Shown: piece by piece, positions 39,566 through 52,842 of the stretch
Position numbering within the stretch: position 1 is the first letter of the stretch
Layout: every line of letters starts with the position of its first letter
Notes under the pieces: model-generated
Database searches by the model: none
Seen by the model: the letters and a program-made list of their open reading frames with translations, nothing else
What the model was told of the DNA's origin: nothing
Position numbers and translations under genes: made by a program
Assembly: GCF_001194135.2 (NCBI RefSeq)
Contig: NC_068988.1
Span: 54,820,057-54,884,056, forward strand
From: Octopus bimaculoides
Lineage: Eukaryota
Direction of reading: 5' to 3'
DNA: 64,000 nt

Positions 39566-39948
39566 GTAGAGGCGTAATGGCCCAGTGGTTAGGACAGCGG
39601 ACTCGCAGTCATAGGATCTCGGTTTCGATTCCCAGACCGGGCATTGTGAGTGTTTATTGAGCGAAAACACCTAAAGCTCCACGAGGCTCCGGCAGGGGAT
39701 GGTGGCGAACCCTGCTGTACTCTTCCACCACAACTTTCTCTCACTCTTACTTCCTGTTTCTGTTCTGCTTGTAATTTAGAGGGTCAGCCTTGTCACACGC
39801 TGTGTCACGCTGAATATCCCCGAGAACTACGTTAAGGGTACACGTGTCTGTGGAGTGCTCAGCCACTTGCACGTTAATTTCACGAGCAGGCTGTTCCGTT
39901 GATTGGATCAACTGGAACTCTCGACGTCGTAAGCGACGGAGTGCCAAC
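39566..39948 (+). mobile_element. tRNA-headed SINE, family D (full length)
   Basis: Box A TGGCCCAGTGG, box B GTTTCGATTCC. Perfect 12-bp TSD ATCATCAGTGGT (39554-39565 / 39949-39960). Near-identical to 56484-56850. Confidence 0.9.
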
Positions 39949-40083
39949 ATCATCAGTGGTATTTTTACCATGACCATCTTGTTATTTTCTATATCGCAGA
40001 TTACATGTTGCTTACTTTTTTTAGGCTAATAGTGCAATGTTAGAAATTCGGTTACATTTTCTAGTTGATAGCATTATCAGTAA

Positions 40084-40468
40084 CTATGGGGGTATTGAGA
40101 CTGATGTTAACCAAAGATTTGGTATATTTTAGAGAATACACACTCTCTGGTCCTCCAACATCAGCCTGCACACCAAAGTTCTACCAACAATTCTATATGC
40201 TAGTGAAACATGGAAGAACACCATGAGAAATTAGTGGAAAGCTAAATGTGTTCCACCAAAGAGGCTAGAGAAGGATTCTGAGAATGTATTACCAGGACTA
40301 CATAACCAACGAAGACATTCTAAAGAGAGCCAACATAAGACTGCTTAATAAAATTATCCCAGAACGAAAATTAAAACTAGTAGGTCGACCAGAACAATAC
40401 CATTCAAATGGGCCCCACTGGAGGCAAAAAGAAAGAGAGGAAGGCCAAAAACTACATTGTGCTGAATG
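40084..40468 (+). mobile_element. Decayed LINE ORF2 C-terminal fragment (second RTE-like family)
   Basis: Frameshifted translation ..SSNISLHTKV..LPTILYASETW..KLNVFHQRG.RRILRMYYQDYITNEDIL..KRGRPK, typical of the RTE post-RT region. Confidence 0.75.
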
Positions 40469-43400
40469 TGTAGGTGACACATAAAATATACCATTTCGAG
40501 TGTGGCCGTTGATCGTTACCAACATTGCCTTCCTGGCACGTGAAAAGACATTCGAGTGAGATCGTTGCCAGTGCCAAAATACACCATTTCGAGCGTGGCC
40601 TTTACCAGTAAGACATCCGAGCGAGATCGTTGCCAGTGCCAATGGACTGGCTCCTGTGCAGGTGGCACGTAAAATACACCATTTCGAGCGTGGCCGTTGC
40701 CAGTACCTGCCTGACTGGCCCTTGTGCCGGTGGCACATAAAAGCACCCACTATACTCTCGGAGTGGTTGGCGTTAGGAAGGGCATCCAGCTGTAGAAACT
40801 CTGCCAAATCAGATTGGAGTCTGGTGTCGCCTCCTGGTCCACCAGTCCTCAGTCAAATCGTCCAACCCATGCTAGCTTGGAAAGCGGACGTTAAACGACG
40901 ATGATGATAATGAACATGAGAGAGGCCAATGTTGAGAAAACTGCAGCGAATGGAAACCATTGATATCAACTTGCTACCCAATGTACTCTAGAAGGACTGG
41001 ATTGAACTGAACTGAGCTGTTACTTCATTGTTTTGCCTTTATAAAAAGATAAGAATCTAAAAGCTGTGAGTATCAACTGATAGCCTGTACCATGGTTTTG
41101 CCAATTGCTTTTGGGCCCTATGTAGTCACAAGTGGACAAAGCCCTCACACCCTCTTGGCACATTGAGGAAGCGACAGTTGGAAGGAGAAAAGGCTGCTCC
41201 AGCACTTTGGCTGATACATGTTTCCAGCTAAATAGACTGCAGTAATGAGAAATGATGTGTCTTGCTCAAGGACATAATGTGCTCCCAGCCGAGGAATTAA
41301 ACCAGTGATATTGTCATCATGAGCCCAACAACTTAGGCCATGCACTTTCATATATGGTGTATTTAAGGTGAGATAATTGTAAAAGTAGCCCCTGGAATAG
41401 AACAAGACACTACCACTATGTTAAATGGAGGTCAAATTATTTAATGTAGTGAAAAATATTTAATTAAAATTTAAACCTATAATGGAAAGGAAAATCGTTA
41501 GTGTCAATGGTAATGTTTATCAAGGAAAGGAAGGGAGATAACTCTAAATGACTAAAAAAATTAATGGTGTAAAGAGTGAGATGTACCTTGGATTTGTTGA
41601 TCCAATGAAGGACAGCAACAGGATTGCAAACTATGTGAACAATAGTTTGTGGGGGGGCAAACTACATGAACAAATTTAAATGCACAAGTGTGCATCTATT
41701 TAATTTCTGAAGTTTACTGTCTTAACAGAATTCAGGACTGGATATTCAGGAGAACTTTTGTCCACCAATAAGATTTTTCAAATATTTTGAAATAACTCAA
41801 AACTATAAAGAAAACTTGAAGCATGGAAGAGTTGGCTTAAGCTTGGCCTGAAATTAGCAGTAATCAAGTTTGTTAAAATAAAGTTATGAGATCAGTCTAC
41901 CACTTTCTGAAAATTCCCTGTTTGGTTGGTTGGAAGTATCATCTTCATCATTTTAATTGGATGTATTTATGAATTATATTTGAATTGCTCTTGATGCAGT
42001 CAAAGTTGTATGGTTAAAAAGCTGGCTTTTCAACCATATGGCTTCAAGTTCAGTCCTGCTATGCTGAATCTTGAGCAAGTTCCTTCCATTATAACTCTGA
42101 CTAACTAATTCCTTATGAGTGAATACAATAGATGGGAGCTGTGTGAGAGCCTGTCATATACATATATAAATGTCTGTATATACATCTATGTGAATGTTTA
42201 CATTCTGTGATTCGCATGGAGAAGCATAAACCTAGTGGATGAGTTGTTGACAGGGAAACATTAACAAATATCACTAAATGGAATGGAAGTTTCACTTACT
42301 TGAAAATTAGGTAAGGGTTAGCAACAGGAGGGTGTCTAGCTGTAAAACAATGCCTCAATAATATGTATTTGTCTAACTTATGCCAGCATTAAACAAAAAA
42401 AACAGAACTCAGAAGAAAGAAAAAAAAAGAAGCTATCCTCAGATGGAAGGCCTGGTCTGAAAATTTGGAAGAGAGAGGACTCTGCTAGAGATACTCAAAC
42501 CCCATCCAGGTGGACTCTGCTAAAAGGTACCCAAGGCTCATCCAGGTGATGAATTAAGTTTGCCATCTAAGAACAGGAACACCCGCCAATGGGATTATTG
42601 AGTATTTTTCTTTTTTTTTTTGATGGTTTTTATATCTGAATGCCAACCACTTCACAATATGGACTGGGTACATTATATTGTGCTGTTGACACTAAATGGT
42701 CAAGTCTGAGCTTCAAAGTATCAGCAAATAACAAAAAAAAAAACCCAACAGCATCAAAGAAATATTTTTGCTTACTATGTGACAAGTGACTAAGCTGCAG
42801 CTAAAAAAAAAATCAGCTGTTCAGATGACTTTCATCTGCCTCTGATGCAGATTGTGTTTTTAAACACAGCTTGTCCATAGCAAGTATTATCTCTAGACGA
42901 ATAGAACAGTAAATTTGCTTTTTGTAATGTATTTACATTAAGTATGATAAACATCTGGCCATAATAAATTCTGTCGTATTCATGTGAAAAAAGCTCATCT
43001 GTTTCCAAATCACAAGAATCCAGAGGGGCTAGTATTTATCTCTGGTTTCTGAAACATTAAGCAGATAAGAGAGAAATTGAACTCAGCACTGCAAAATGTC
43101 TAATCAATAGCTTTATACTGCAATCAATTCTTTCAACAGTGGGTTACATATATATATATAATCACACTTGACACAAGAAAGATTTAGCCAGTTTCCAAAC
43201 ACATTCAAAAGTAGTGGTAGGACATCAACTCAGCTTTCCACATGGAAACTTGTATGACAGAAATTGAAGAGGTTCATACAGAGAATTGGAACTACGAGTT
43301 GTAACTGTAGATTTAATATGGCAAGGACTTAGCTCTGCTTTAAAGACTATAGCAGAATATTAGTTAATTTTGATTAAGTACAAATACCCAATATTTTTAG

Positions 43401-43856
43401 GAAAGGAGAAATAAAATGTCATATTCTTGTGCGACCCAAACATTAGCAGCATAAAAGATACAATGGTTTGTTTACAAGTGAAATGGTTTACATGTGAAAT
43501 ATGCAGGCATGGATATGTGGTTAATGCTGTTCAATAAGGGTATTACCTTTTGCTGTAGTGCTGGAAATTTAAAAAAAAAAAGTACTAAATTTTATACAAA
43601 GGGAAATATACTGTTGTTACATTCATGCACATGAAAATACGATTCATTTTGATCAAAGACTTTAGATGAAGTCACAGACTCTGCTCATTAACAACTAACT
43701 TTCATGCCTTGCAACAGTTACCAGTAGAAATTAAGAAAGCTTTATACCAAATATTGTTGTTGAAAATTTAATGATTATTGCAATCACTGCAAAAAGGTTT
43801 CCTTTTTGTTTCTTATCCATTCTTTGTATATAATGAAGGAATTTCCAATGGAATAT

Positions 43857-43934
43857 CTATGCTTTATTGGTGAGTGGCATGATTTTCTTAATTTCACTTT
43901 GGTTTGTCTGGTTTGTATTTCTGATTAAGTTTTT
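43857..43934 (-). CDS. KIF9: Tentative KIF9 terminal coding exon
   Basis: gtttctttattgacag|AAAAAC...GCATAG, phase 0. Encodes KNLIRNTNQTNQSEIKKIMPLTNKA*. Supported by the acceptor and phase only; no recognisable homology. Confidence 0.45.
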   Translation of the reverse strand, partial: KNLIRNTNQTNQSEIKKIMPLTNKA

Positions 43935-45436
43935 CTGTCAATAAAGAAACACAATAAACATTGGTTTGTTAAGCTGTTTCATTGAATTTATTATCTTGAA
44001 GGTTTACAGGAAATATCTTTTAAATTATTTTGTAACATTAGAATTGAATGTATGACCACAATTTTAACACTGGTCTTATTTCCATTTCATGTTTATTTGT
44101 GTGTATAATTGCTACACTGTTCCAGATATGTAAACATACATAATAGAATTAGAGAAAGAAGAAAATGGGGTGTAATATGCAGTACACTATTTTCCTAGTC
44201 ATGTTATAGACTTAAATGTTCTCATACATTTCTGGCATGTTGCTATGGATAAATGATCTATTGTTAACTTAGGGAAGTTTTTATGATGGAATACTGTGGG
44301 GAGAGGAGAATACTGACAGTACAGGGATGAACCTTTACCTGGGAGAGAGTAAAAAAATTTTCTTGCAGCATAAAATTTTATCTGAGTTCTATATTTGCTG
44401 ACATTTGGAAGGGCATCCAGCCATAAAGACCAAGCCAGAGCAGATTTTGTGATGCTGGTGCCACAAAAAATGCATCCAGTTCATGCAGTAAAGTGGTTGG
44501 TGGCAGGAATTGCATCCAGCCAGTAAAAACCATGCCAAAACAAACAGTTGAGTTTGATGCAGTCAGCTCCTGTCAAACGGTCCAACCCATACCAGCATGG
44601 GAGATGGACATTAAATGATGATAATGATGACAACACAGACCACCATCTGGTTTTGTTTTTCTTTCTGCAGACTCAGCCAGCTTCTACCTCAAATAACCAA
44701 TGACATTGATGTATCCATAGCAGTCAAATAAAAATGTCTAAGTGGCTAAGAAGAATTATTGCTACTAAGAGGAATACATTTTCAGACTATTAGTCCCCTC
44801 TTTATGCTTCCCAACCACATGGTTTCAGGTTCAATCCCACTGCTCAGCCCTTGAGATGAGTGCCAGCAACTATAGCCCGAGGCTGACCAAGGCTTTATGA
44901 GTGGATTTGGTCATCAGAAATTCAAAGAAGCTCATAATATGTGTACATGTGTATGTATGTGTTTGTTTGTATTTGTTTCTTTGACTTGACATCATGTAAT
45001 AGTTATAAAAGAAATGAGTGTCATCATCACAAAAGAAGAATCATTCATATCCAATCTACCCTGAAAACATGTCTGGTCATGGGAAAATATTAGCTAACAT
45101 GGGAAGAGGTGAGGGCTGGTGACATGAAGGGCATCCAGCTGTAGAAAATCAGCCCCAATAAATTCCAACCAATCCATGCAAGCTTGGGAAAGTGGATGTT
45201 AAACAATTACAAAGATGATGAATGACATCTACACTGTTTCATTTGATTTCTTATCATCATCACCAAATATATTGTTTTATATACGTGTATATAGCCTCAG
45301 ACAAGATTCAAACTTTATTTCTATACTAAATATTACAATGTTTTTCTTATTCAATAATATTCATCAGTGACATGGTGTGCAAATTAAATAAAAGTTTAGA
45401 AATAAAAATTACAAAAATTAGGAATGAATTACTTAC

Positions 45437-45541
45437 TCTAAGTTGTGTGTTCATGTAAGCTTTGTGGAAAGGAAGAGCAGTCTCTTCCGTTAACAGCAGC
45501 TCATTCTGAAGCCGGTCAAACTTCTCCAATTCATCCTCCAA
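45437..45541 (-). CDS. KIF9: KIF9 exon (near C-terminus)
   Basis: tttcag|TTGGAG...CTTAGA|gtaagt, 105 nt. Encodes LEDELEKFDRLQNELLLTEETALPFHKAYMNTQLR. Confidence 0.92.
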
Positions 45542-46080
45542 CTGAAATCACAGTTTACAAGCAACCAATATTATTAATACATTATAAATACATTATTAAT
45601 ACATTATAAATACAACTCCCCATTGCCATTCTCATCACCAGTAGATAAGACTAAATTCTGTAATTCATTTAGTTCTCTTAGTTAACACTTATCATTACAT
45701 TATCTACTTCATATTTCTGGCATTAGAAACTGTGTTTTTATCTTATGAAAATCCAATTACAATTTTCAGTTTCTCTGACATCAAATGAAGCAGGTTAAGA
45801 GTCTGGTCTCTCCTCAGATTATCATTGGTTTATATTCTGTGGAACCCAGAGTTATTCTCAGGTTGAGACAACACATGGAAGGTTTGATATGAACCAGAAT
45901 AATATCTACTGAAATACCTATCTACATTGTCTTCAGTCTGTTAGCTTCCCTTCCTTTGCACATCAAAGCATATGTACAGATGAAAGAATGTTTGTATTTC
46001 ATCTTGAAATATAATTTCTACACACCTGAGTGTGTGCAAATGGAAAAGAATTTCATCCTGAAAATAAATAGAATACTTAC

Positions 46081-46166
46081 AGATGAATTTAACTTAAAAC
46101 GTTGGTTGCCACTTGTCACGTCTTCTCCGTTTGGTAAGAAACATTCTACAAACCAATTTTCAAACT
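46081..46166 (-). CDS. KIF9: KIF9 exon
   Basis: tcccag|AGTTTG...TCATCT|gtaagt, 86 nt. Encodes (E)FENWFVECFLPNGEDVTSGNQRFKLNSS, with the conserved 'EF..W...F' motif. Confidence 0.92.
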
Positions 46167-48431
46167 CTGGGAATAAAAAATAAAATTGCTATTAGACCAA
46201 AATTTCATGTTTGCATCTGTAGGTTCATGCATAGCTGTGGGGTTAAGAAACTTACTTCCAAACCACATGGTCTCAAGTACAGTACTATAGTGTGACACCT
46301 TGGGTAGGTGTCTTCCACTATAACTCCAGGTTGACCAAAGCCTTAGGAGTGGATTTGGTGGATGGAAATTGAAAGAAGCCTGTTGAATATGTGTGTGTGT
46401 CTCCTTGTTTTGAATCGCATGATAGATGTAAATGAAAGCCACTGTTATACAAACAGTGTGATTCACTTTCAATAGTCTGAAAAAGCATGTCTGGCCAGGG
46501 AAGGGGGGGATACTATTTGCTTATGCTTGGAAACAGGTGAAGGTTGGTGACAAGAAGGGAATCCAGCCATAGAAAATCTTCCATAATAAACTTCGTCCAA
46601 TTCATACAAGCATGGAAAAGCAGACATTAAAACAACAATGATGATGATCAGAAAAAAAATAGAAATATTGTACAGTTATGATTGTGTTAACCAAATCAAT
46701 TTTCATGGGATAGAGAGAAAAGCAATGTCACAGAGTTTGGCACCTTAGTCTAACCTGAACTTCATTGTTTAAAAGAGTATTCCATTGATCAAAAGACACC
46801 AATGACATTTAGTTAAGTTGGATCAAAAGCTAACAGGCACTTTGCTAACAACACGAAGATGTCTCTACATGGTTGCTTGACTTGTTAGAAATAACAACTA
46901 AATCTTTATCAAATCACATCCTACCCTCTTTAAAATAAAATGACAAAACATGAAGAATACATTGGATAATATGATTCTGCAACAAAGAAAAAGTGGGGAT
47001 GGTCATAGCAAGACCAGCTGTAATCATGGGTCAACTTGACTGGAGCTGATGGGGTTGGATTACAAATGTCATCAGCTCTTTCAAATAGCTGTATTGTTTT
47101 ACAATATTTGTGAGGTAACTGACCATACGACAATGTGTTCAAACACCACCACAACCACTACTACTGCCACTACAGCCATTGCTTTGTACCACTTTACAAG
47201 GTACATAACTCTGCTTTTAGTCAGCTATTCCAACAACCACTATCACATATACACAAATTTACTGTAGACATGCTGTTATTCATATTTAGATCTTCTAACG
47301 TCTAATTGGGAAATTGTTGATGGAAGATTTTGAAGTTGGATCAAGCAGAGTGACAAAGCAGAAGTTCTTTCTTTCTCATTGCTCGCTTGAGAGAGAAAAG
47401 TTTTAGTGATAATCCAAGAACTTATAAACTACACAATAACAGAGACACTTGTTCTCCATTCTCTTCCTCCACATCTCTATCTCATTCATGTTTACATAAC
47501 TACAGAGCAAATCTGCAGTCACACCAATATTCAAGCAGAACTTTCTTTTGCTTTTCTGTAGTTTCCTATTGAACAATCATATCTAACTGAATATGACTCA
47601 TCTCATTCACCCACATTTCATAGTCATCTTATTGTTAAATATATATAATTCATTAAGACTTTATAAATTTCTGAGGGAAAATCCCTTTATAAGAAGATAT
47701 TTTTCAAGTAATTCTAGTAATTGTATTTTCTAAATTTTTCATCTAAATAACAACTATATCAGGTTACAACACAAGACCTCGAACAAAATATAATGGGCAA
47801 AACAGAGGAGTACTAGAGAGTAGACAGCCTTCTTTCTTATTCAATGTCTGGGCATTTTAGACATATGGCATTTGTTTTTCCAATTCCATTTCTGAATTGC
47901 AAGTATATCATGCATGCAGACCCCATTTCAGTCAATCAGAACTTATTGATCATGTAATAATTTCTAGAACTTTCTTTCAACAAAGGCCTTAAATATAGAG
48001 GCTTTTGGTACAAGAACACAGAGGAAGTTGAGACCTTGTTTGTAATAGTCCATGATGAATTCCCCTCCCAAAGATATTTTCACAGCTTCATACTCAAACC
48101 AATGCAATTCTCCTCATAGCTGTTTTCACAGCTCTATACTCAACTCAGAGATGGATAAAGAATCAATGTGGTCATATGTAATTGCAGCGATGTAAAAAAT
48201 CAGCCCAATCATCAATTATCTGTTTAAAATTTCTAGCACCTGTAAAACACAATGTTCATATAAGATTGATTCTGTTTGTATTTCATGAAGCCTTGTAAAA
48301 AACATAGCCATAAATTATGTATATGTAGTTGACATCAAGTTTTTGTCATAACCAATGCTATAGACTGTAACAGACAGCTAATAATAAATGTATCTCCAGC
48401 ACTTTCATAGCAAAACAGACAATACACTTAC

Positions 48432-48611
48432 CTTGAACTAACTTTTGCCGACAATGGTGCACCAAATTTTGGTAGTAGGACACTTCAGTCTTCAAATCCA
48501 TTAATTGATCAAATTTGGAACGATAATCTCGTTTGAGATTTTTCAAAGTTTTTACAAGTTGGAATTCTTCTTCACTAATTGCTTCTTCTCCTTCTTCACT
48601 ATATAGGGTCC
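48432..48611 (-). CDS. KIF9: KIF9 exon (tail coiled coil)
   Basis: atatag|GGACCC...CAAG|gtaagt, 180 nt. Encodes (G)TLYSEEGEEAISEEEFQLVKTLKNLKRDYRSKFDQLMDLKTEVSYYQNLVHHCRQKLVQ. Confidence 0.94.
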
Positions 48612-50346
48612 CTATATATTACAAACATATAAACAGTTTTACAAAGATGGACATCTTTCGAAAAGATAGATATTTCACTAGGATAAATAAGCAAGAACAA
48701 TAATGTTTGAGCAAAATACGATTCATATACAACAAATAATTATGTCAAACAGATTTATGTAGCCTATATAAAAGAGAGATGGCTAAAAAAAAAAAGTAAC
48801 TAAATATCACCCAAACTGCACAAAGGATAATCTACATAATTTAACCCCTGATATACAAAATAATGGATAGTCAAGGCTGGATCCAGGGATTAGATAAGAG
48901 ATAGGGTTAAATAAAAAGAATAATAATCATCATTGATGTGAAACAAGGATAATGGTTTGAAGTGTATCAAACACAAAAATAGATGAGTGTTCTTATACCA
49001 GCATCTCTGTGGTTGAAAAACTAGCCAAGCTCCAATTTATGCTATCAACTATGAGGTATTGTTTGACTTCATCCATTGTTGTGAAGTGTGGTAAGTAAAT
49101 AATTAAGAACAAAATCAGCCATAAACTGCATTAAATGTTCCTTTACTTTGGTAACGTCATAAACTGATGAAGAATCTATGTTATATTCATACACACCAAT
49201 GTTCTGGGTTTTCATCACTTTCAAATATTGTATTTATTTCAATTTTCAGTGTAGTGCAAAAGATTCATGCTAATATTTGCCGAATTAGTTATACTTATTA
49301 ACACAGGGAAACGTCTTCACTAAAGGAGCGCTAAAAGGCTATGTCGTTAAGAAATTTGTTTCCCAACCATATGGTATCAGGTTCAGTCCTACTGCATGGC
49401 ATCTTGTGCTTGTGTCTTCTACAATAACCTTGGGCAAACCAAAGACATGTGAGTAGATTTGGTATACAAAACTGAAAGAAAGCTGTCATATAGATGTGTG
49501 TGTGTGTGTGTTTCTCCTTGTCTTCACATCATGTTTTAGTTGTAAACAAGTGTTGTCTTACAAATGGTGTTGTTCATTTCCAACCTTTCCTGAAGATCAT
49601 GTCCAGCCATGGGGAAAAAATACCTTGCTTGGAAACATGTGAGGGTTGGTGACAGGAAGGGTATCTGGCCATATAGGAAATCTACCTCAACAAATTCCAC
49701 TTGACCCATGCAAGCATGACAAAGTGAACATTCAAAATGACGATGATAAAGGACGATATTTAAGTAGATAAACTGATCTCAGTACTTATTAAGAGTCTGG
49801 TATCTATTGTATTGTCTTTCTTGCTGAACCACTAAGTTATGGGGATATAAACAAACCAATACTAATTGTTAAATGGCAGCGGGGTGGATAAACACAAAGA
49901 TACACACCTATATATATCTTATGTGTGTGTGTGTGTGTAAGAAATAAGTTAGAAATAATGGTCATTCCTTTATTTGAGCAAATAAAGGAATTATATGCAA
50001 TGACCCTTATTTTCAACTTGTTTCTTATATATCACTCTGTGTAAAAACCAGTTTATCTGGACGTAGAGTATAAAATGATCATTTATTTTCTCTCCTCATG
50101 CCAACAATAATGCTTGTCCCCTTTACCTTTGATAAATCTCATTTCTGTAGCCACATATACATTTTTTTGTAGTTTTGTAGTTCAATCACCATCATTCATC
50201 ATCATTTCAATGTCCACTATGCTTGCATGGGTCAGATAGATTACATATAGGCAGATTTTCTACAGCTGGATGACCTTCCTGTTGCTAACCCTCATCTGTT
50301 TCCATATAAGGTAATGTTTCTCCATGGCTGAATGACAAAACAAGGA

Positions 50347-50457
<111 letters not shown>

Positions 50458-50721
50458 CTTGAAAGGCCTGCAAAAATCATGGGCACAGCTCCTTTTACAG
50501 ACTAAATTTAATAAAAAAAAAAACGGTCTCACCATGAAGGATATGCTGTCCTCTCAAAATTCAGATCCCTAGATATTATTGAAATCACTGAACCATAAAT
50601 TATAAGTGGAACCTATTGCCATCCAAGCACATTGGGGCAACCAATATCTGTATTAAAAGTTGTTTGTAGTCTGTTAGTATAACATCCAAACTATAGTGCC
50701 TTAATATTAATCAGGTCTCAC

Positions 50722-50844
50722 CTTGCTTTACTCTTTCTGCTTTGCTTTCTTCAAGTCTGTATTTTGTGTTGTCAATCTCACATTTTATCATGTTAATTTC
50801 TCGTGCCAGTGTTACATAATTTTTCTTTAGTGTGTTAAGAGTTT
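50722..50844 (-). CDS. KIF9: KIF9 exon (coiled coil)
   Basis: ctgcag|AAACTC...CAAG|gtgaga, 123 nt. Encodes (E)TLNTLKKNYVTLAREINMIKCEIDNTKYRLEESKAERVKQ. Confidence 0.92.
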
Positions 50845-51737
50845 CTGCAGAAACAAGGGAGGAAAAAAAATTGCATTTAGTTTCATCAAAAGATTCTACT
50901 GTCTGAGACTCAAATACTAATTCATTCATATAACACCAGTGGTGTTAGACCTGGTTAAAAATTACGCTTCGAACTGGATGTTTCTGTTATGGTTCTTGCT
51001 CATAAAACAACTGGAATTCAGTAGTCATCTAGCAGCTGACTCCTCTCATTTAAAAACATAAGAAGGCTATTTTTGCTAAAACTATATAAAGTGCAGATGA
51101 ATGAAGGCCTTCAAAGAATAAACAGAACTTTTTATTGCCAGAAATTTGGGACAAGAAAATCACAAAACCTAGTATTTGCTGAATCAACAAATGGTAATAG
51201 AATTAATAAGACATAAATTAATATTGGGTTGTCCGGGAAGTTCTGAGCATTTATTAATATGCAAAAAGGGATATAAATGATTGACCTATGCCCATCTATC
51301 ATGCAATTTAAATATTCCATCAGCATAAAATTTGACTGGTTTTGAAGAAAAAAAGTTATCTAGATGTATTTTGACTCCATCTAAATCATTAAATGTTTTT
51401 TTTTTTTTTGATTATCCATTTCAAATGTCAATAAAGGGTAACTGGAATGAAAGATAAATCTATTTTTTGTCAGAAAAATAAGAAGAGATGCACTACCACT
51501 TCAAGCAATGCCAAAGTTTTAACTGTGGTACATATCAGGTGTGTTCAATGAAGTGTTAAAAGATTTTGCTTAAAAACACTCAGTCATTTCTGGATAACCT
51601 CATAGATAAGCTGACAAAACACTTAATATAGTTTTGCTGTTGCTACCTACAACAAAAAATACCTTTCCATAGTGTCTATTTACAATCAAGTGAACTGAGC
51701 AAAATAGAAAATCTAGCCATTCTCTAAAATAAATTAC

Positions 51738-51823
51738 CTTTGTTTGTTGACAACTCTTTATTCACCTCACTGCCTTGGTCATGTTTAAATTCTTCAAAGG
51801 CAACAGATCTTTGTGGGGGAGTG
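51738..51823 (-). CDS. KIF9: KIF9 exon
   Basis: ttgcag|CACTCC...AAAG|gtaatt, 86 nt. Encodes TPPQRSVAFEEFKHDQGSEVNKELSTNK, matching KIF9 'TPP...AFEEFK..QGSE.N'. Confidence 0.93.
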
Positions 51824-52695
51824 CTGCAACATAAAGTACATGATGAAATTATACCATAAGCAACATTAAAGAACCAGTACATATTTCAAACTAAACCCCA
51901 GTATTTTACATATGTCCCCTTCTCTATTTTTACACAAAAGTCAAAAATCATACACAAAACAAGAACTTTAGTTACTTAAGCATTCTAAGGAATCAAAAAA
52001 CTGAAGAACAACAAATTTCAACCTCCTCTTAACAGATTCCCTTTCACTATCTTTCAAGACCATTAGCTTTTGCACTCTAAATGCTTTTCCTTTTACAATT
52101 TATTGGATCAGGTCCATAAATACATCAATTCTTGTTTATCACAGGCGTTTGGTTCCAAAAAAAAAAAAAAAAAAAAGACATTGTAATAAATGAATCACCT
52201 CTACATACTTTGTAAAGGGAATAAATAGAAGATTCACTGAAACCGAGCTTCCACCATCATGTATGTTTTTTATCATCTGTACTTTTTCCTGTAGAGAATA
52301 CACTCATCTGTCTCAGTTGTTAGAATCAAGTGGCTTTGTAGCTTTTCTATTCACTGGTCCAACCTCGATGGGTATGAGTATGCAAAGCTGTATATAAAAT
52401 GTGCAGCTGTGCAACACAGTCATATAAACACAAGCAACAGTTAGTGCATTCTGGGTAGCTAAGTATTGTGAACAATTGTTCAGGTGCATTTTTGAAGTAC
52501 AAGCAGAATCTTCAACTTATAGATCAATCTGTCATAAGCATAACATGGTTCACAATTGAGTGTACCATTTTCTCCTGCAAATCAGTAATAAACAAGGCTA
52601 TGTGTCTGAAAAATTGACCTTTAGCCCCATAACTTCTAGAAATAATCCTGTCAAATATCATAAAACAAAAACAGAGTGAAACTTTAAATACAAAC

Positions 52696-52842
52696 CCCGG
52701 TCTTTCACTTAGTTTTTCTAAAATATTGTCAGACGGTGTGACAACTATTTCATCAGACTTTTTCTCAACAATACCATTGGGTGAAACAGTAGTTGGTGAT
52801 TTCCTTTCAAATCTTGATGGTGCTGAAGCCACTATTTTGCTG
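52696..52842 (-). CDS. KIF9: KIF9 exon (low-complexity linker)
   Basis: taacag|CAGCAA...CCGGG|gtttgt, 147 nt, phase 2 to 2. Encodes SKIVASAPSRFERKSPTTVSPNGIVEKKSDEIVVTPSDNILEKLSERP. The donor was chosen because it gives RPGTPP with the next exon. Confidence 0.75.

Noticed and set aside
39566-39640. tRNA-like sequences at SINE heads (also 56484, 58394, 59098, 19848)
   Set aside because: Box A/B are present, but the sequences run on into SINE bodies and I see no complete cloverleaf, so they are not tRNA genes.
41548-41679. Short ORF MTKKINGVKSEMYLGFVDPMKDSNRIANYVNNSLWGGKLHEQI
   Set aside because: Only 43 codons with no recognisable motif or splice context.
1493-45612. Small local duplications (1493-1534, about 31790-31830, about 42478-42550, about 45570-45612)
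   Set aside because: Ordinary slippage-type tandem duplications of 20-35 bp with no sign of function.
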